Positions 36,993 through 49,222 of a DNA stretch of 64,000 nt are shown piece after piece. The stretch lies in NCBI GenBank assembly GCA_963924565.1, contig OZ004611.1, forward strand, positions 20,894,001 through 20,958,000. Reading direction: 5' to 3'. How positions within the stretch are numbered: the first letter of the stretch is position 1; the number at the start of each line of letters is the position of its first letter. Both the position numbers and the translations under genes were made by a program. The notes beneath the pieces were generated by a model. That model made no database searches. It saw only the letters and a program-made list of their open reading frames with translations, and was not told the origin of the DNA. Source of the DNA: Ascidiella aspersa (lineage: Eukaryota).

Positions 36993-39372
36993 AATAACTA
37001 ATGTCATCCATAACTATACGTTTTTCTATATTTCCAAAAGGTTTATCATATCAATTGGAGCGTGTCCAAGAAATCGTAACCAATTTTGCAAAAAATCGAA
37101 GAGTTTTCGAAAATAGACGACTGGGCCAGATACTATGAAGAAGAAATGGCTGAGCAGGCCAAATTAAAAGAAAAGTCAAAAGAAAAAGTTTCGGCTTTGT
37201 TTTTTGACATTCCGCACTGGAAATGCGAAAAACAACGTGACTCGAGTATAAGCTCGTGGAAAATAAAATCTACGAATCCAACTTCGTTCGTTTGGACTGA
37301 AGAGACATTTGAGATTCGCAAAGAGGTCGACAAACGAGTGGAGGAATCGGAAAAGCAAATATTCGAAGAAAATTTGACGCAAATCCAGGAAAGTGCGCAA
37401 CATCAATGCTCCTCTTCTACAGTTATTGGCACAATGAGGCAGTCAACAAATTTAAGCAAAATAAACAATAGCGGCGTGGATTTCTTGGCGACAATTGAAA
37501 AGGTTCCAGAGTCAATTCATACGATTCCATTTGTTTCTGGTTGTCCGTCTGAGATGGACAAAGTTATGGTGAGCATTTGCATTCATTTTATCGCAATTTT
37601 ACTATCAGTTTTTTTATGTTAACAAAATGTGCTTTATCCAGACCATGGACGATTGCTACAGCTTTGATCTGAATCCGAAAATCGTGGATTTTGTCGACGA
37701 CTTTTCCAACGATCTGCCGCTTATAACGAGCAAAGACATCGCGGATTTGTGTCAAAAAACACCACTGCTGGCTACTTTGACGCCTAACGAGACAAGTGCA
37801 GTCGAAATATGGCTGCGCAGCTACCAAGCGCCATTCTCGTTCCGAACCAAGTTCCCGTACTTGTGGTACTGAGACAATGCAAAGACGCATATAAAGACTA
37901 AAGCGACCAATAGCTGAGCACGAACTTATTTTTGCTTGATTTTTTGTTTTTCTAATAAATTTTTTTTTATCGTGTCGTGAACACTTTTTAAACAATTACA
38001 TTGTTAAAAAAAATTCCTGGGCGACAGCTTACGCTTTGCAGCAATACCATGCAAGGACAGTGTTAAGACAAATGGGCGGCACATATACAATTATAAAATA
38101 ATTTTGTACAGAACTGAGAATTGGAATAGAAGTCAGTTAGCTAGCGTAGCTACATTTATGGTAGACTTTGATTGAACTGCTTTCGTTGGCCGTTTAGACT
38201 TTATAATTTTTCATAGCAATTTCGATCTGATGTAGCCTTATCGACTCTAATAATTTTTTATGGCAATTTCTATCTCATATAGACCCAAATTACGAAAAAA
38301 GGATGAATTTCGTGCAAAGAATCACACATTTTTTCAATAATACTCCCAGTTCGTCAATTCAAATAAAGGGTTTCAGCAGATATGAGATTATGTTAACCGT
38401 TTATCAATCGAGGCTGAATTGTCAAACATGGAAAACAATATTGCTCCCACGCTCACCTGATATAGACCGCATCAACTTCGCAGCGAATGTAGCCCATACT
38501 TGTCTGCGGCAATAGCACTGCAAAACGAAGCTATAGTTTAAACTTTAGACTAAAGTAGAATAACGACTATTTTAAAGGCAGTAGTCCAGAGTAATAAATA
38601 CTCCCAAAGAAATAGGATAAGCTAAAATTTCGAATATTTGTTTTTTCAAGTAATCCTTTTAATTACCTAACGATTACGTTTTAAGATAAGAAATGAAAGC
38701 ACATAATTTTATGTTTTCACCAGCATGTGAATTTTTAACAAAGCTCTGGAAAGTCACAAAATATGTCTCCGGAGGCATGACGTCATACTACTACCAATCT
38801 ACCATGTCTCTTTAAATGTTTAGGTCCGGCCTAATTAAACTCTTTAAAACACGCTTTGTATCGCGCAAAAAAGTTTTTTTTAACTTACGCAGTTCGGTGA
38901 TATTGGGTTCCTCGCCAGGGGCTATTCGTTTCTCGCGTGATAACACCACATCTTCTGAAAAAAGAAATACCACTATTCATTTCGTTCAACTCTTTATTTG
39001 ATAGACTTAAACACATTCTAGGACATATTTGTTTATTTATCTTACTAACTCTTGAACACTGTATGCGCAAAACAATATAGAAGGACTTTGTTTATAACAA
39101 ATTATATATACACAAAAACTAATTTTGTACACCGTAATACTACTGCCATTTTTGTAAAAAAATATTGCCACTGTCATTTCAAGTGACTTTTAATTTTCGT
39201 TTAAAGTATACACAAATGCCTTGCTCTAAAGATGGGATTCTTCGTTCATAACATCCCTGTTCACTTTCAACAAGGATAAATAAGCGTGGTTAGCTCGTTT
39301 CCAATTACCAGTTGCATTGGTGAACTGTCCAAGTATTGCCAAGGGCAGCAACAGTTTGACGAACAACTGCAT
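28591..39372 (-). CDS. ZP-domain type-I membrane protein, 402 aa, 9 exons (39372-39309, 38517-38457, 35411-35246, 33898-33732, 32198-32033, 31044-30977, 30350-30173, 29448-29310, 28790-28591)
   Basis: All introns GT-AG, phases consistent, 1209 nt. Signal peptide MQLFVKLLLPLAILGQFTNA. ZP-N: IRCEVDAVYISINK...PECMG...GKC...FVMGCGY. ZP-C: FQVTLERY...VGEQVFL...RCW...DGCP...FSFHAFFW...VFCELENC...C...C. These are followed by furin site RKRR, external hydrophobic patch VVSHGPIHI, TM helix GIFLIFVLALCMFAAYLC and a short basic tail. Confidence 0.95.
29905..30085 (-). mobile_element. Penelope-like family 1 copy in ZP intron 7
   Basis: Shares GGGTACACTATG...GGTCGAGTAGATCGACA with 22326 and 26598. Confidence 0.7.
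29991..30032 (-). ncRNA. Minimal type-I hammerhead ribozyme motif
   Basis: AUUAA-CUGAAGA-U-GAUAC(AAGCUC)GUAUC-GAAAC-GUC-CUAAU: full core, 5-bp stem II, short stem I, palindromic ACGU in place of stem III. Confidence 0.65.
31383..31969. mobile_element. Composite hAT MITE pieces
   Basis: Left part matches the 1870 family; right part GGTGAACCGTCAGAAAT...GGTTAAGAAGCACTG matches 56926-57092. Confidence 0.7.
32440..33149. mobile_element. hAT MITE, inverted relative of 12829-13547
   Basis: CAGTGGTTCTTA...TTAAGAACCGCTG; TSD TGTTAGAC/TGTTATGC. Confidence 0.88.
34005..34361. mobile_element. hAT MITE
   Basis: TIRs CAGTGTTTCTTAACC / GGTTAAGAAACGCTG. Confidence 0.75.
34747..34778 (-). ncRNA. Minimal hammerhead motif, U3-A8 variant (family 2 repeat 34667-34855, ZP intron 3)
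   Basis: UUGAAAA-U-GAAUAA(AGAG)UUAUUC-GAAAC-GUU; perfect 6-bp stem II; stem I is weak. Confidence 0.55.
36072..36079 (+). promoter_or_regulatory. Palindromic CRE (TGACGTCA) at the 5' end of the nested gene
   Basis: Perfect CRE about 15 nt before the ATG at 36095. Confidence 0.4.
36095..37872 (+). CDS. Nested antisense orphan membrane-protein gene in ZP intron 2; 6 exons (36095-36163, 36260-36438, 36547-36616, 36870-36960, 37041-37568, 37642-37872); apparent +1 frameshift near 37085
   Basis: GT-AG introns with phases 0,2,0,1,0. Hydrophobic N-terminus MSFGKSIFFGIFDIALIANAIYS; TM segment SASMISVFLMTLVGLCITGRALITSVLWLLG; charged, coiled-coil-like region; ends ...FRTKFPYLWY*. Confidence 0.75.
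36962..36985. repeat. (TA)n microsatellite at the exon-4 donor of the nested gene
   Basis: About 12 TA units. Confidence 0.95.
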
Positions 39373-42300
39373 CGTTATGTCCCGCATGCAGTCAAACAAC
39401 AGCTCAACTTCAATTTCTTGTTTAAAATCCTGTTACTGAAACAAAAATAATATAAATCACTTACACTGTTGGCAGTTGGTTTATATTTTGTCAAATACTT
39501 GCCATTTTGACAACTATATTTATTTAAATGCCTGAAACAGAACGGTGTTATCGTTATCCTACAAAACACATTACGAACAATAATCCCGTTGGCAATGTAT
39601 GGGTTGACATATTGAGTAATCTTTTGTCTTTCCTAAACAGACAACTTTTGGTAAGATGCTTTATCCAGACCGAAAAAAACAACAGCAAAAACTGACAGCC
39701 CGCTCAATCCGTAAATCATAAATACCAACTAGCAACCGCAAATCGCAATACTTAACAGTTTGTATATAACAACCCGCCAGGTATCGCAATAAGGTGCTGT
39801 ACAGGGCACCCTAGGCGTGCTGCATTGTTACAATCGGGACCGGGACACAATAGAAATCGGAAATGATTTCATGCCATCTAGCATCACGTCTTACATCCGC
39901 CCCTGTATATGTGTCTCCGAATCGGCGACAAATCCGAATAACCGCGACAAAACGCGTTTGGCGCCAGAGCCCTTGCCTCTTTCACATTTGCCGTACACGC
40001 GAATTTGGTGCTATGTGAATAAGTATTCTACTTTCGAATGTGCTTATTACTTTAGTTAAGGCGCATTTGACGTTGTAATGTTTTTTTGTGACACTGATTT
40101 TCTTTACTTTATGAAGTAGACGGTCGCCAGTTTGGGTCAGGCCTAAATAATAAAGTCGATGCCGCACACAGCGGCAGTATGTTCACTACATTTGCAATAC
40201 AAATATAGTAAATAGGAAATATGGCGTCTTGTAAGTCTCCTACAACCAGTGTTTCCTCTAGAGTGCACGTTTGAGCAAACGCACAGAAACACGATATTGT
40301 TCGCGTAGTAATTTTTTTTTGGGCAATTACAGTTGTTTCACGCGCCATCTATGTCTATTAAAGTTTAGCAATAAAACTTTTTGCACTTTATTAATATTCT
40401 TAGAGGAAACACATTGGCAGTCATGACCCCTTCAAGAAATAGAACATTTTATGAATGATTTTCGCTAAAAACGCCAAAAGCACCTATTTTGAAGAACCAT
40501 TTTTTTACATTGCTGGCAAAAGCGTGACAAATTGCTTGAATTCTCAAAGGCTTATCAACTCTGCATAATCATAGGGATATTTATAATATTTAGAACATAA
40601 CGTCACAAAATTTGATGTGGGTCGTACAACAAAAAAACTGTTTAACACTAAAAATAAACAAGAATTTTAACTAAAAGCATGGGTAGATACAAAAGTTGTG
40701 TGCGACGGCGAACTTAACATTTTGACTAAAAAAAATTATTTCAAGCATTGGTCGTATTTTATTAACTGACAGACTGCTGAAATTCCCCTAGTGGTTGGCG
40801 GAAAACATCTTGTGGCATAGGTTTTCGATCTCTTAGAGTCGCAAGGTGACACTAGAGGCGTAAAGTTGAAGTGCGATTAATTATTACCTCAAGCGCACTT
40901 GACGTTATCTGGACAACTGCGGGTGCGACTTGACAGATGTTATCGTTTTGTGCGGTTCTCGACTAATGCGCTTTCCTTGGAGACCTTCGTTGGACCGAGC
41001 TGTACATCTCAAAGCCATACAGGAGAAAAAAATATATTTTAGCTTAAGGGCCAAAACTGAAATATTTTAGCTCTAGTCAAAAGTGAAAATACATTAAAAC
41101 TGGTCTTCAAAATCTTTAAAAGCGATTTTTTCTAAAATAAACGTGACGGTTTTTAATTATTGAGCAACGGAACAGGGCATCAGAAAATAAGGCAACCCTT
41201 GCTCAGTACGGGTTGCAACAGTGACGTGCGCGCCGTTTTGCAACCCCAGATGCGCGGCATGCCCTATCAGGCGGTGCCGCAACACTATCGAGTCAACTGC
41301 ACACATAGCCGGCGGCTAATCGCACTTTCCGTGACCAAAACTATACCAGCACCTAACAGCTTGGCCTGACGCAACCAAATCAGTCGTCGAACGGTGAGAC
41401 AACACTAGCGCGAAAACGCGCGATATACCCGATTATCGCGAGCCGTATAGCAGCGCCAAGGCCAGGCTGGGTTTAGCCCACGCTGACAAGTGCTGCTGCC
41501 GCCGCCGTCGGCTCAATCCACGCCGAGCAATTCTGCGGCCCACGAAGGCGGCAATTAAGCTGTCTTCGAACGGTGCAGATCACACGCGGCGCTTCTCCGG
41601 CTTGAAGCCGCGATAGATTGAGAGGAAAGTGTCGGCGACGGTTGTTCTGCTAGGCAACGTGTGGATCCTCTGGAAATACACTGGACGCTGCTCGTTAGAA
41701 GAACGAATACCAAGTTGCAGGGATAATTGATGTAGCCGTAAGTCAGAGAGGCAATAAAAGCGATGAACTAATCAACTTCGCTTCTTTGAGTTAGCAGTTT
41801 AATAGTTAACAGGTACAACTGAAACGTTTAACGCCGACCTATCGTGTGAAAGTGTAGTTTGCGGTATTTTCGATCAAAGAAGGTCTTATAATGAGCCTTA
41901 AAACCTTTCAAATTAGTACAACTCTTAAGTTGTTGCTTTTCTCTAAAAAAATAGCTTGGTTTGTAGAATATAATACTCGGTGAATATTATACAATGTTTT
42001 TGTTGCTGGGCAATTGCTTTTAAACGGGAAGAAATTTTTGCGTTGGAATTGGTGCTGAAAGCTAGAAGTAGGTGCTGAAACGCAATATTTCAGTCAGGTG
42101 TAAGTTTAAGTTTGTATGAGTTAACCCTGTCTAGACTTAACGGCTTGCCAATGGAATGTTTTTCGATTTAAGTGATCAAATAACTTTTATGGCTAGATAG
42201 TCGGTAGCTATAAGGATAAGGTTTTTTTTATCCAAGGCAGTTTTTCTAAGTTTACCAGTGAGGGCGCAACGATGTGCTTTGAAGTTTTGTTATGCGCCCG

Positions 42301-43607
42301 CGGGCCGGATTTGATATAGTGGCCGCTTCATTTGGCGTAACTTAAATTATTTATGTGTAGATTTCCATATGCGGCCTCGCTGCGAAGTTCTAAGGCCCGG
42401 CGGCGATTTAGCAAAGATTTTAAAGCAGCCTAACCGCGGCCTTTTATCTTTTATGATTTTAATTTTGCTAGGAAATCGTTCCACTGCTTGCGAACCTTTG
42501 CAATGACTGGCGCAGTGTTGTGGTGTGCGCGCCATTTCGATTACGTTGGATGATAAGACTTAGTGTCACGATTGGGGCGTGTTCGTAAATACAAGGGTGG
42601 CAAAATTGCGCAGGCAAAACCATGTTGAAAATGGCCTCGTTGTGTCGTTGCGTGACTCGTTAAAAAATGTGGCGAATCCCTTTGGCAATTTGAATACATT
42701 CGCGAATTTTTATTGAGCCTAATATTTCGCTGCCAAATAAGCTCATAATTTTCGCTACCAAAGAAAGTTTATGGCCTATTTTTTACAAAAATTTCACAAA
42801 TGCTATATTAAAGACATGTGTCTCTTTTAAACGGTAAACAATTTTATATTTGACGTTCTGACAAATTTCAATACTATAATCGGTGTCCCACAGCACTTAT
42901 TTTCTAATAATGTTGCCCGCTTTTTGTCGAAAGCTTATTTCTAATCTTGTAATAGTTGGAAACAAGCCATTAGCTAACCCCAACCTACTTCAAAAATATC
43001 CTCCGTCGGAATCAAATGACTTGGTGCATACCATGAGCACATACCACGGTCGTAAAGCAGGTGTCAATATTGCAATGTTAAATATGAACTAGTAGGGCTG
43101 CCATATATTTACCACTTCAAATGGTGACACTTGTCTCTAACAAGCGTCTCCTTGTGAAAAATCAATCATGCCTTATATAGGAATAAAGGAAAACAGGCCC
43201 TAATTTAGACGCATTAAAAACGACAACAAAGATTTCATAATTAAATGCAAATTGTTGTCACCCTGAAGATTGCTAGGGTTAGTTGATATCGTACTATGAC
43301 AACAGCCAAGCGATTTTAAAATGTAAGCTAATAACTACCAAAAAAGGACAAGTAAGACAATGCTCAATATTACTGTCAAATACCTAATATTTGGAATGAT
43401 ACATAATATTACAAGGTTACACGTGGCATCGGTGTTTTTTTACTTTGAACCCTTAAACCAAAGTTTAAAAATTAATCAGACACAGAAAACGTATTACTGC
43501 AATGTACATTTTTGTTCAGTTAAATGAAAACTAACTCAAAATTTGCTATTGTGTTGCTGTGTTATCAGTTACTTGTATAAAAATACAATTACGATGGTTT
43601 TGTTTTT

Positions 43608-43716
43608 AGGCAATTCTAAAAGGGGTGCGGTAATTGGTTGTGTATTTGAAAGGAGTGCAAGAAGTGTTTGGTGATTTGAAAGGGGTGCAGCAAGGCAAAA
43701 GGGTAAGAACCACTGC
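43608..43716. mobile_element. Right end of a hAT MITE
   Basis: Ends GGGTAAGAACCACTG; AAAGG(G/A)GTGC occurs three times. Confidence 0.6.
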
Positions 43717-44807
43717 CTAAACCATACAGCCGGAGGAAATGCGAGCTGCTTCCGTGTGGGGCGATGTACATGTTTATTCAAGGCGATGCCTCGTTCTTCA
43801 ATTCCGTCGCTCGACGGCCTTCCTAATCCGCGCCGTGTGTGCGCCTGCAACAGAAAACCCGGGCGCGAACTTTGCGCGTGCAATTTGCAGGTGCGTGAAA
43901 CCAATTACTATGGTGGGTGCGCGCGCTGCGGTCCTGACCGTAGATGCGCGCTGGAGAAACTAAACGGGCGAACTCGTTTATGTGGCAACGGGCTGCCGAC
44001 GCCTGATCCAATTTGGAGGTTGACTTAAACTATTACGCGCCAAACCGGTAAACCTGATTGCGCCCGGAATTGTTTGCGTTGTTGAGGAATTTGGCGTTGC
44101 TCATAAAGTTCAATGGACTCTCGGAAATTTGCGTGCCGTCCATTATCGCCCTTGATTTTCTCTAACAGTCGTCGGAACTTTTATGGCATGTAAATTTTGA
44201 TGTGAAATTATTCGTACACCGGAAATTCGCTGTTTGTTCAGGAGTTCCACTGGGTTTCACTCGTGTAATTCTTACACTTGAGTCGTGTTTTTTAAAATGG
44301 CTACTGTTCTTGTATTCCTCGTTTAAAAAATATTCTAGATATAAAAAGTTGCTTGTATGATAGCAAGCTTTTTGTTTCCCAAATGCAAGGTTAAATTAAT
44401 ATACAGGTGTAAGTTTTGATAAGCTATGCGTACTACAACATATATGTGGTGTATTTTAGCGCTTACTGTAACACCAAAAGCTTTGCCTGGTTTGAAGTTT
44501 TTCGTTTACGTTTACCAGATGATAAAAAGGCATCCGTCATTCATAGATCCGCAATAAATCAGCGCTAGACCCCCTACTCCAGGGTGCCAAGATCTAGATC
44601 GCAGCACAACCCACCGTCGGGGCTTAAAACACCTTCCCTAATCCGCTTTCACCAAGCTCCCTCAGCAATGGCAGCCCGTTAATTCCCGACTTCAAAAGCG
44701 CAGCTTAGGTTTGGCGGCGACCTATACCCTTTTCATTCCCCCCTTAGTTCGGTCGGTCGCAGCGCAATTCTCTTTCCACCCCCGTTGCAACTCTCTTTCC
44801 ACCCCCA

Positions 44808-44984
44808 AGGCCCGTTTACAATAATGCTGCACTGAGCTGAGCAAAGCATAATTTGCATTTAAATTCTATTGTTTCGCGATTTTCACGCTTTGCTAAACTC
44901 AAACCCAGGGCAGCCAAAGAAAAAGGTTACGTTTTGGAGCGAGTTTTACGCCCAGCTCAGCTCAGCTGTAGTGTAAACGGGTCT
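44808..44984. mobile_element. PIF/Harbinger-like MITE
   Basis: TIRs AGGCCCGTTTACA...CTGAGCTGAGC / GCTCAGCTCAGCTGTAGTGTAAACGGGTCT. Confidence 0.7.
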
Positions 44985-47900
44985 TTAGTCACCACCTTGT
45001 GCTTCACTGAGAAATACAGAAGCGCGTTAAAAATCAGTTGGCACCCTGCTTCGTCCTCGGGCCGATTTTGGTCGAGCTTGGCTAGGCACCAATCACGCGA
45101 AACTGGAATAAATTGTCAGCAGTCGTCGCGGTGAGGGACTTCGAGTTTTTTTTTTCTGGTAGTTTTTAAATTTTTTCGGAAAATTCGCGAATGTTGCGCG
45201 CGCACGCAGAGAATGCCAAAAGCGGGAACTACCCCTTGTTGAGAGTATTTAGATAATTGTTTTCAATGTCAAACAAATCACTTTAGTGCTCTATAACTCA
45301 GCTTATACCTCTATGTTTACAAAACCATCGTTACTAACTAAAACATTGTATCCATAAAGAACTAAGAAGAAATCCTTTAAACACAATTGGGGTGTTTATG
45401 GGCGATACTTGCGTGTACCTATTGTGTCTAAACTACTTACAAAATTAAATGTTATCCCATATTTTTTACTATAGGCTTGTTAAGCCCATATCCAAGTACA
45501 GCGAATGCCGCCATAATTCTCTCATACACCGAATGCTGTAGTTATATTCTTGTTAGAGTGCGGTTGCAACACCTGTTAGGTGAAATACAAATCCTCTGCC
45601 TCGAAGTGAAAACAGGAAATGGCCAGACTGTAATATTCTCGTCGCGAAACGGGTCTTTCTGGTCGCGAGCATTATTACTTGCTAAAACGCATGTGCCAAA
45701 TTATACTGTCCCTAAGCCCGACTCCTATTCGCTTTCATAGGTAAAGCCGCTGACGAAAGAAGCTGAAAGAACCGTGCTATCCGTTGAATACCTTGTATCC
45801 GGCATGATGCAAAACAATTTTTTGTCCCACGGTTTCGACTTCCTTTAAACGGTCGCTATTGTATTTCATTATTGCCAAAGTAGTATGTGTTTTCTTTTCA
45901 GGTTTTGCCTACTACTTCGCTCTTCTTAAAAATATTTGGGCGTTTTAGTTTTACGACGTTTTTTTGCATAGTAGCTGCTCAAGCAGGGTGGCGGTATGTT
46001 TTACAATCAAAGATTTCAAGTAAGTTGTTGCCTTTGACCCATCTAATATGACCAAAAATGTGTAAAGTATAATTTTGGGGTCATGACTACGAAAAAATTC
46101 TTACCCTGTAGTTTTGTGATAGAAGATAAAAGTCCTGATTGTTCTGTTCAATATTTTCCTCTCGTCAAGAGCTTAACGACCCATCATTTATCCTATATTT
46201 TAACGTGCGGACTTTTCTCAGCAGTCATTAGTACAAATTTAGCTTCAATTTCAAGAGTGCGTGGGTTTGGTGTGCACTTTTTCATTGCATTATTGATTAG
46301 GTAAACGACTTGGTGTAGGGTTCTATGCTTGCGATTGTGTGTTTTAAATTCCCGGATCATTTCACAAAAGGTAGCATTGTTTGGCAACCCAACCAAAACA
46401 GCTCCTCGTGACTCAAATTTCAGTCGTAAAAATATATAAAAATCGCAGTTCCCACATCGACGCAAGAAAAGCACAGCGGCCAAATATGAGAGAAAGAAAA
46501 TGTCGCTCTGCCTTCCACGCAGCACCGAGCGACCGACTGCCTGCCATTCTGTTCCATTTGAGCGTGGAAAAAGCTTACAGTAACGAGGTCCGACCGAGCC
46601 GACTGGGCGAACGAGCGACGGGGAAATCAGGCAGTCCAGTTTTTCTAACGCCGCTTGTTTTTCTCTGGCGCCTTAACGCATGAACGCGCCGGAAACTTTT
46701 GTGCCCTGCCGCCTCGCACAACGACGGCAGCAGCAGTGTTGTAGTAGCGGCGGTGGCTGGGCGCATCTTTTTTTAACTATTGAACGCACGATGCGACGAA
46801 GAAAGGTCGAACAGATAAGCGTTGGTCTTTGCATGACGATTGTATTTCTCACGAAACGGCGAAATAGCAGCATTCAGGTGCCAGTCGGATGTGGCGTAAA
46901 GGCTGCGGCCAGTTTTCGCTTGTTTATTTTTAGGAGAACGGCAGTTTTGTTCTTTAGAAGGAAGCGCAAGCCGTCACGATTTTAAGAGTGGTCGCCAAAG
47001 GCTCAAAGCTGATTTAAAATCGTGATAAAATGCACAGGAGAGCCGCAATGACGGTTAACATTGTGGAGTAAGGTTTAACCGTCTTTGAGTAAAGCTTTAT
47101 ACAGAATTAATCCACGCAAAAGCCAGATCCGAGCTGAAACACGCAGGTATGATTTACTGCTTAAGCCAAACATTTCAACAAGCAGCAATGACCCGTTAGT
47201 GAGTCTATCAATATCAATTTAACCGAGCCCATTTAAATGAGCCATTTATGTGAAATTGGGTCGATTGCATCCGTTTCGCCATGCAAAGAAACAAGGCGAA
47301 GCTTTCAAATTCAACGGAAACGACAGCCACCTGCCTGTTGCGAAGGAAGGCGACACTCTTCAGAAAAAAACGAACACTTGAAAGCGGTTGGCGAAACGCA
47401 ATTCTGCGAGCCGCGAGCACCTGAAATACAGTTGACCCGTTTCTGCACATTTCACCTTTGTCTGCGATAAAACAACGCGATGAAGGCCCTCGACTTAATA
47501 GGGCGGCGCGCTGCAATCCACCATTGCTGTCTTCGTCTGGAAGACTCTGGCGGCTTTTGAGTGGTGTCAAGTTACTCGTCGGCGGGTGTATTCGACTCAA
47601 GTTGGTAGCCGCGTCTGGCCAGCCTCGAGGAAATCTGTGGAAACCGTATCGCCAGCCCTCAGGCCGATTTGACCCGCGCCTATGCCCATTGGCCCAAGCG
47701 TTTCGCGTTCCAACTCGCCGTCGGGTGATTTTTTGTTCGCGCTCAATCAAGTGCGGCCTCGAGTGCGACTCGCGAAAAACGGCCCCCGGCCATAACCCCT
47801 AATTTCCTGCGCTGTCTGAGAATTTGGCAGCGCCTGGACAAGTTAGAAAATCCTTGCGTTGGAATTTACGCAGATTATAACGCACGAGGCTTCAAGATTC

Positions 47901-49222
47901 ACTAAACGCGCTATTCAAAGATAACCCAGGAATTTTGTGAAACTGTGACTGGAGTAGAAAGCGTCTTGTGATTTTACGCCTTTGTCAGTTGTGTTTTGAC
48001 AATTTAAACCGCAAATGTCAGTCAAGCCGTTTAAAAATAAAGGACTATTTGGAAATACATGCAACCGCTGCTAATCGAAAGACACCACGGTTGCTTTGTA
48101 GATCGAGAGCGTGTTTCCGGAATGATCGGGGTTGTGTTACACCCAGCAGCAAAAACACGGCTTAGGCTCTCTTTGGCCGAAAGTCAACTGGTTTGCGCTG
48201 CAAAACGCAGAAGCAGCGTTTCGGAGGGCAACCCCGGCGCTTTGCGCTGTCACGGGCTCCTCGCGAAAGCTTGGCAAATTTAGCATTTTAACCTGGGTCG
48301 CCGATGCGAGACTAACGCTTGTCAAAGCCGAGCCGTATATAATTAACCGAAGCTGACAGGGGCGCCTTTGAAACAAGATCACGTGTAGAGAGACTTTCGA
48401 GACTGGCTCGGCCCGCGGTTAAACGGGTTAAGAGTTTACTTCTGTTTCCGAGCGTCCTATATGCGCGCAGCAAAATCGCGAGAAGTGCCAAACAGGCTGC
48501 GCACAAGTTACAACAGCTACGCTTTCCAAAAAAATGTGGTCTGGCAATTGTCAGGCTTTAGCGGGCCATCTTTTATACCTGCTAAATTCCTGGGATCGCT
48601 ACGATCCCGTGGCTTTTACTTATCCGGCTGGCAAAGGCCTCTTCCCGATAATCTCCGATGAGCCATCGTGACTCATACTTATCGCGCCGATAACGTTGTC
48701 CTACAGTTGTGCGCAACAAACGGCATGGCATTTAGGTAAAACTTATTATCCAAACTAATACAGCACGAGATAAATATAAAATGATTGTTTGTCAAAGTTT
48801 TTACGCTATCATTAGGTCTCTAGACTGACCAGCCAGCTAATTAATGACCATCTGGCCATTTATATTGAACTTCGATTAGGTAGCCTATACAATTTGCCAT
48901 GAAGTCGTTTAAAACTTCAAACAGTCGTATAACCCGTCAAACGACGACCAGACTGTTTTTATTTGCAAGTAACTATTAACGCTATTTATTTGTAACGTGC
49001 CAGGTGACATTATTTTGTAAAAAAAGATTCAAGTTGTTTCTCGTTAAAAATGTTATACAGGATTTGCAAAATTCAAACTACCGATAAATTTACTGCGCGA
49101 ATGCCTAATTGGCATGTTATTAATTATTGTGTTTCCATTTTGTTAGGTCTTTTGCATGCGCTTCTAGGTATAACTCCAATTTAGGTCTGTGCGTTTGTGA
49201 TGATACAGGCCTGGGTAATGAC

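Noticed and set aside
43262-43295. Hammerhead-like CTGAAGA-TTGCTA...TAGTT
   Set aside because: The GAAA box is absent; at most a decayed relic.
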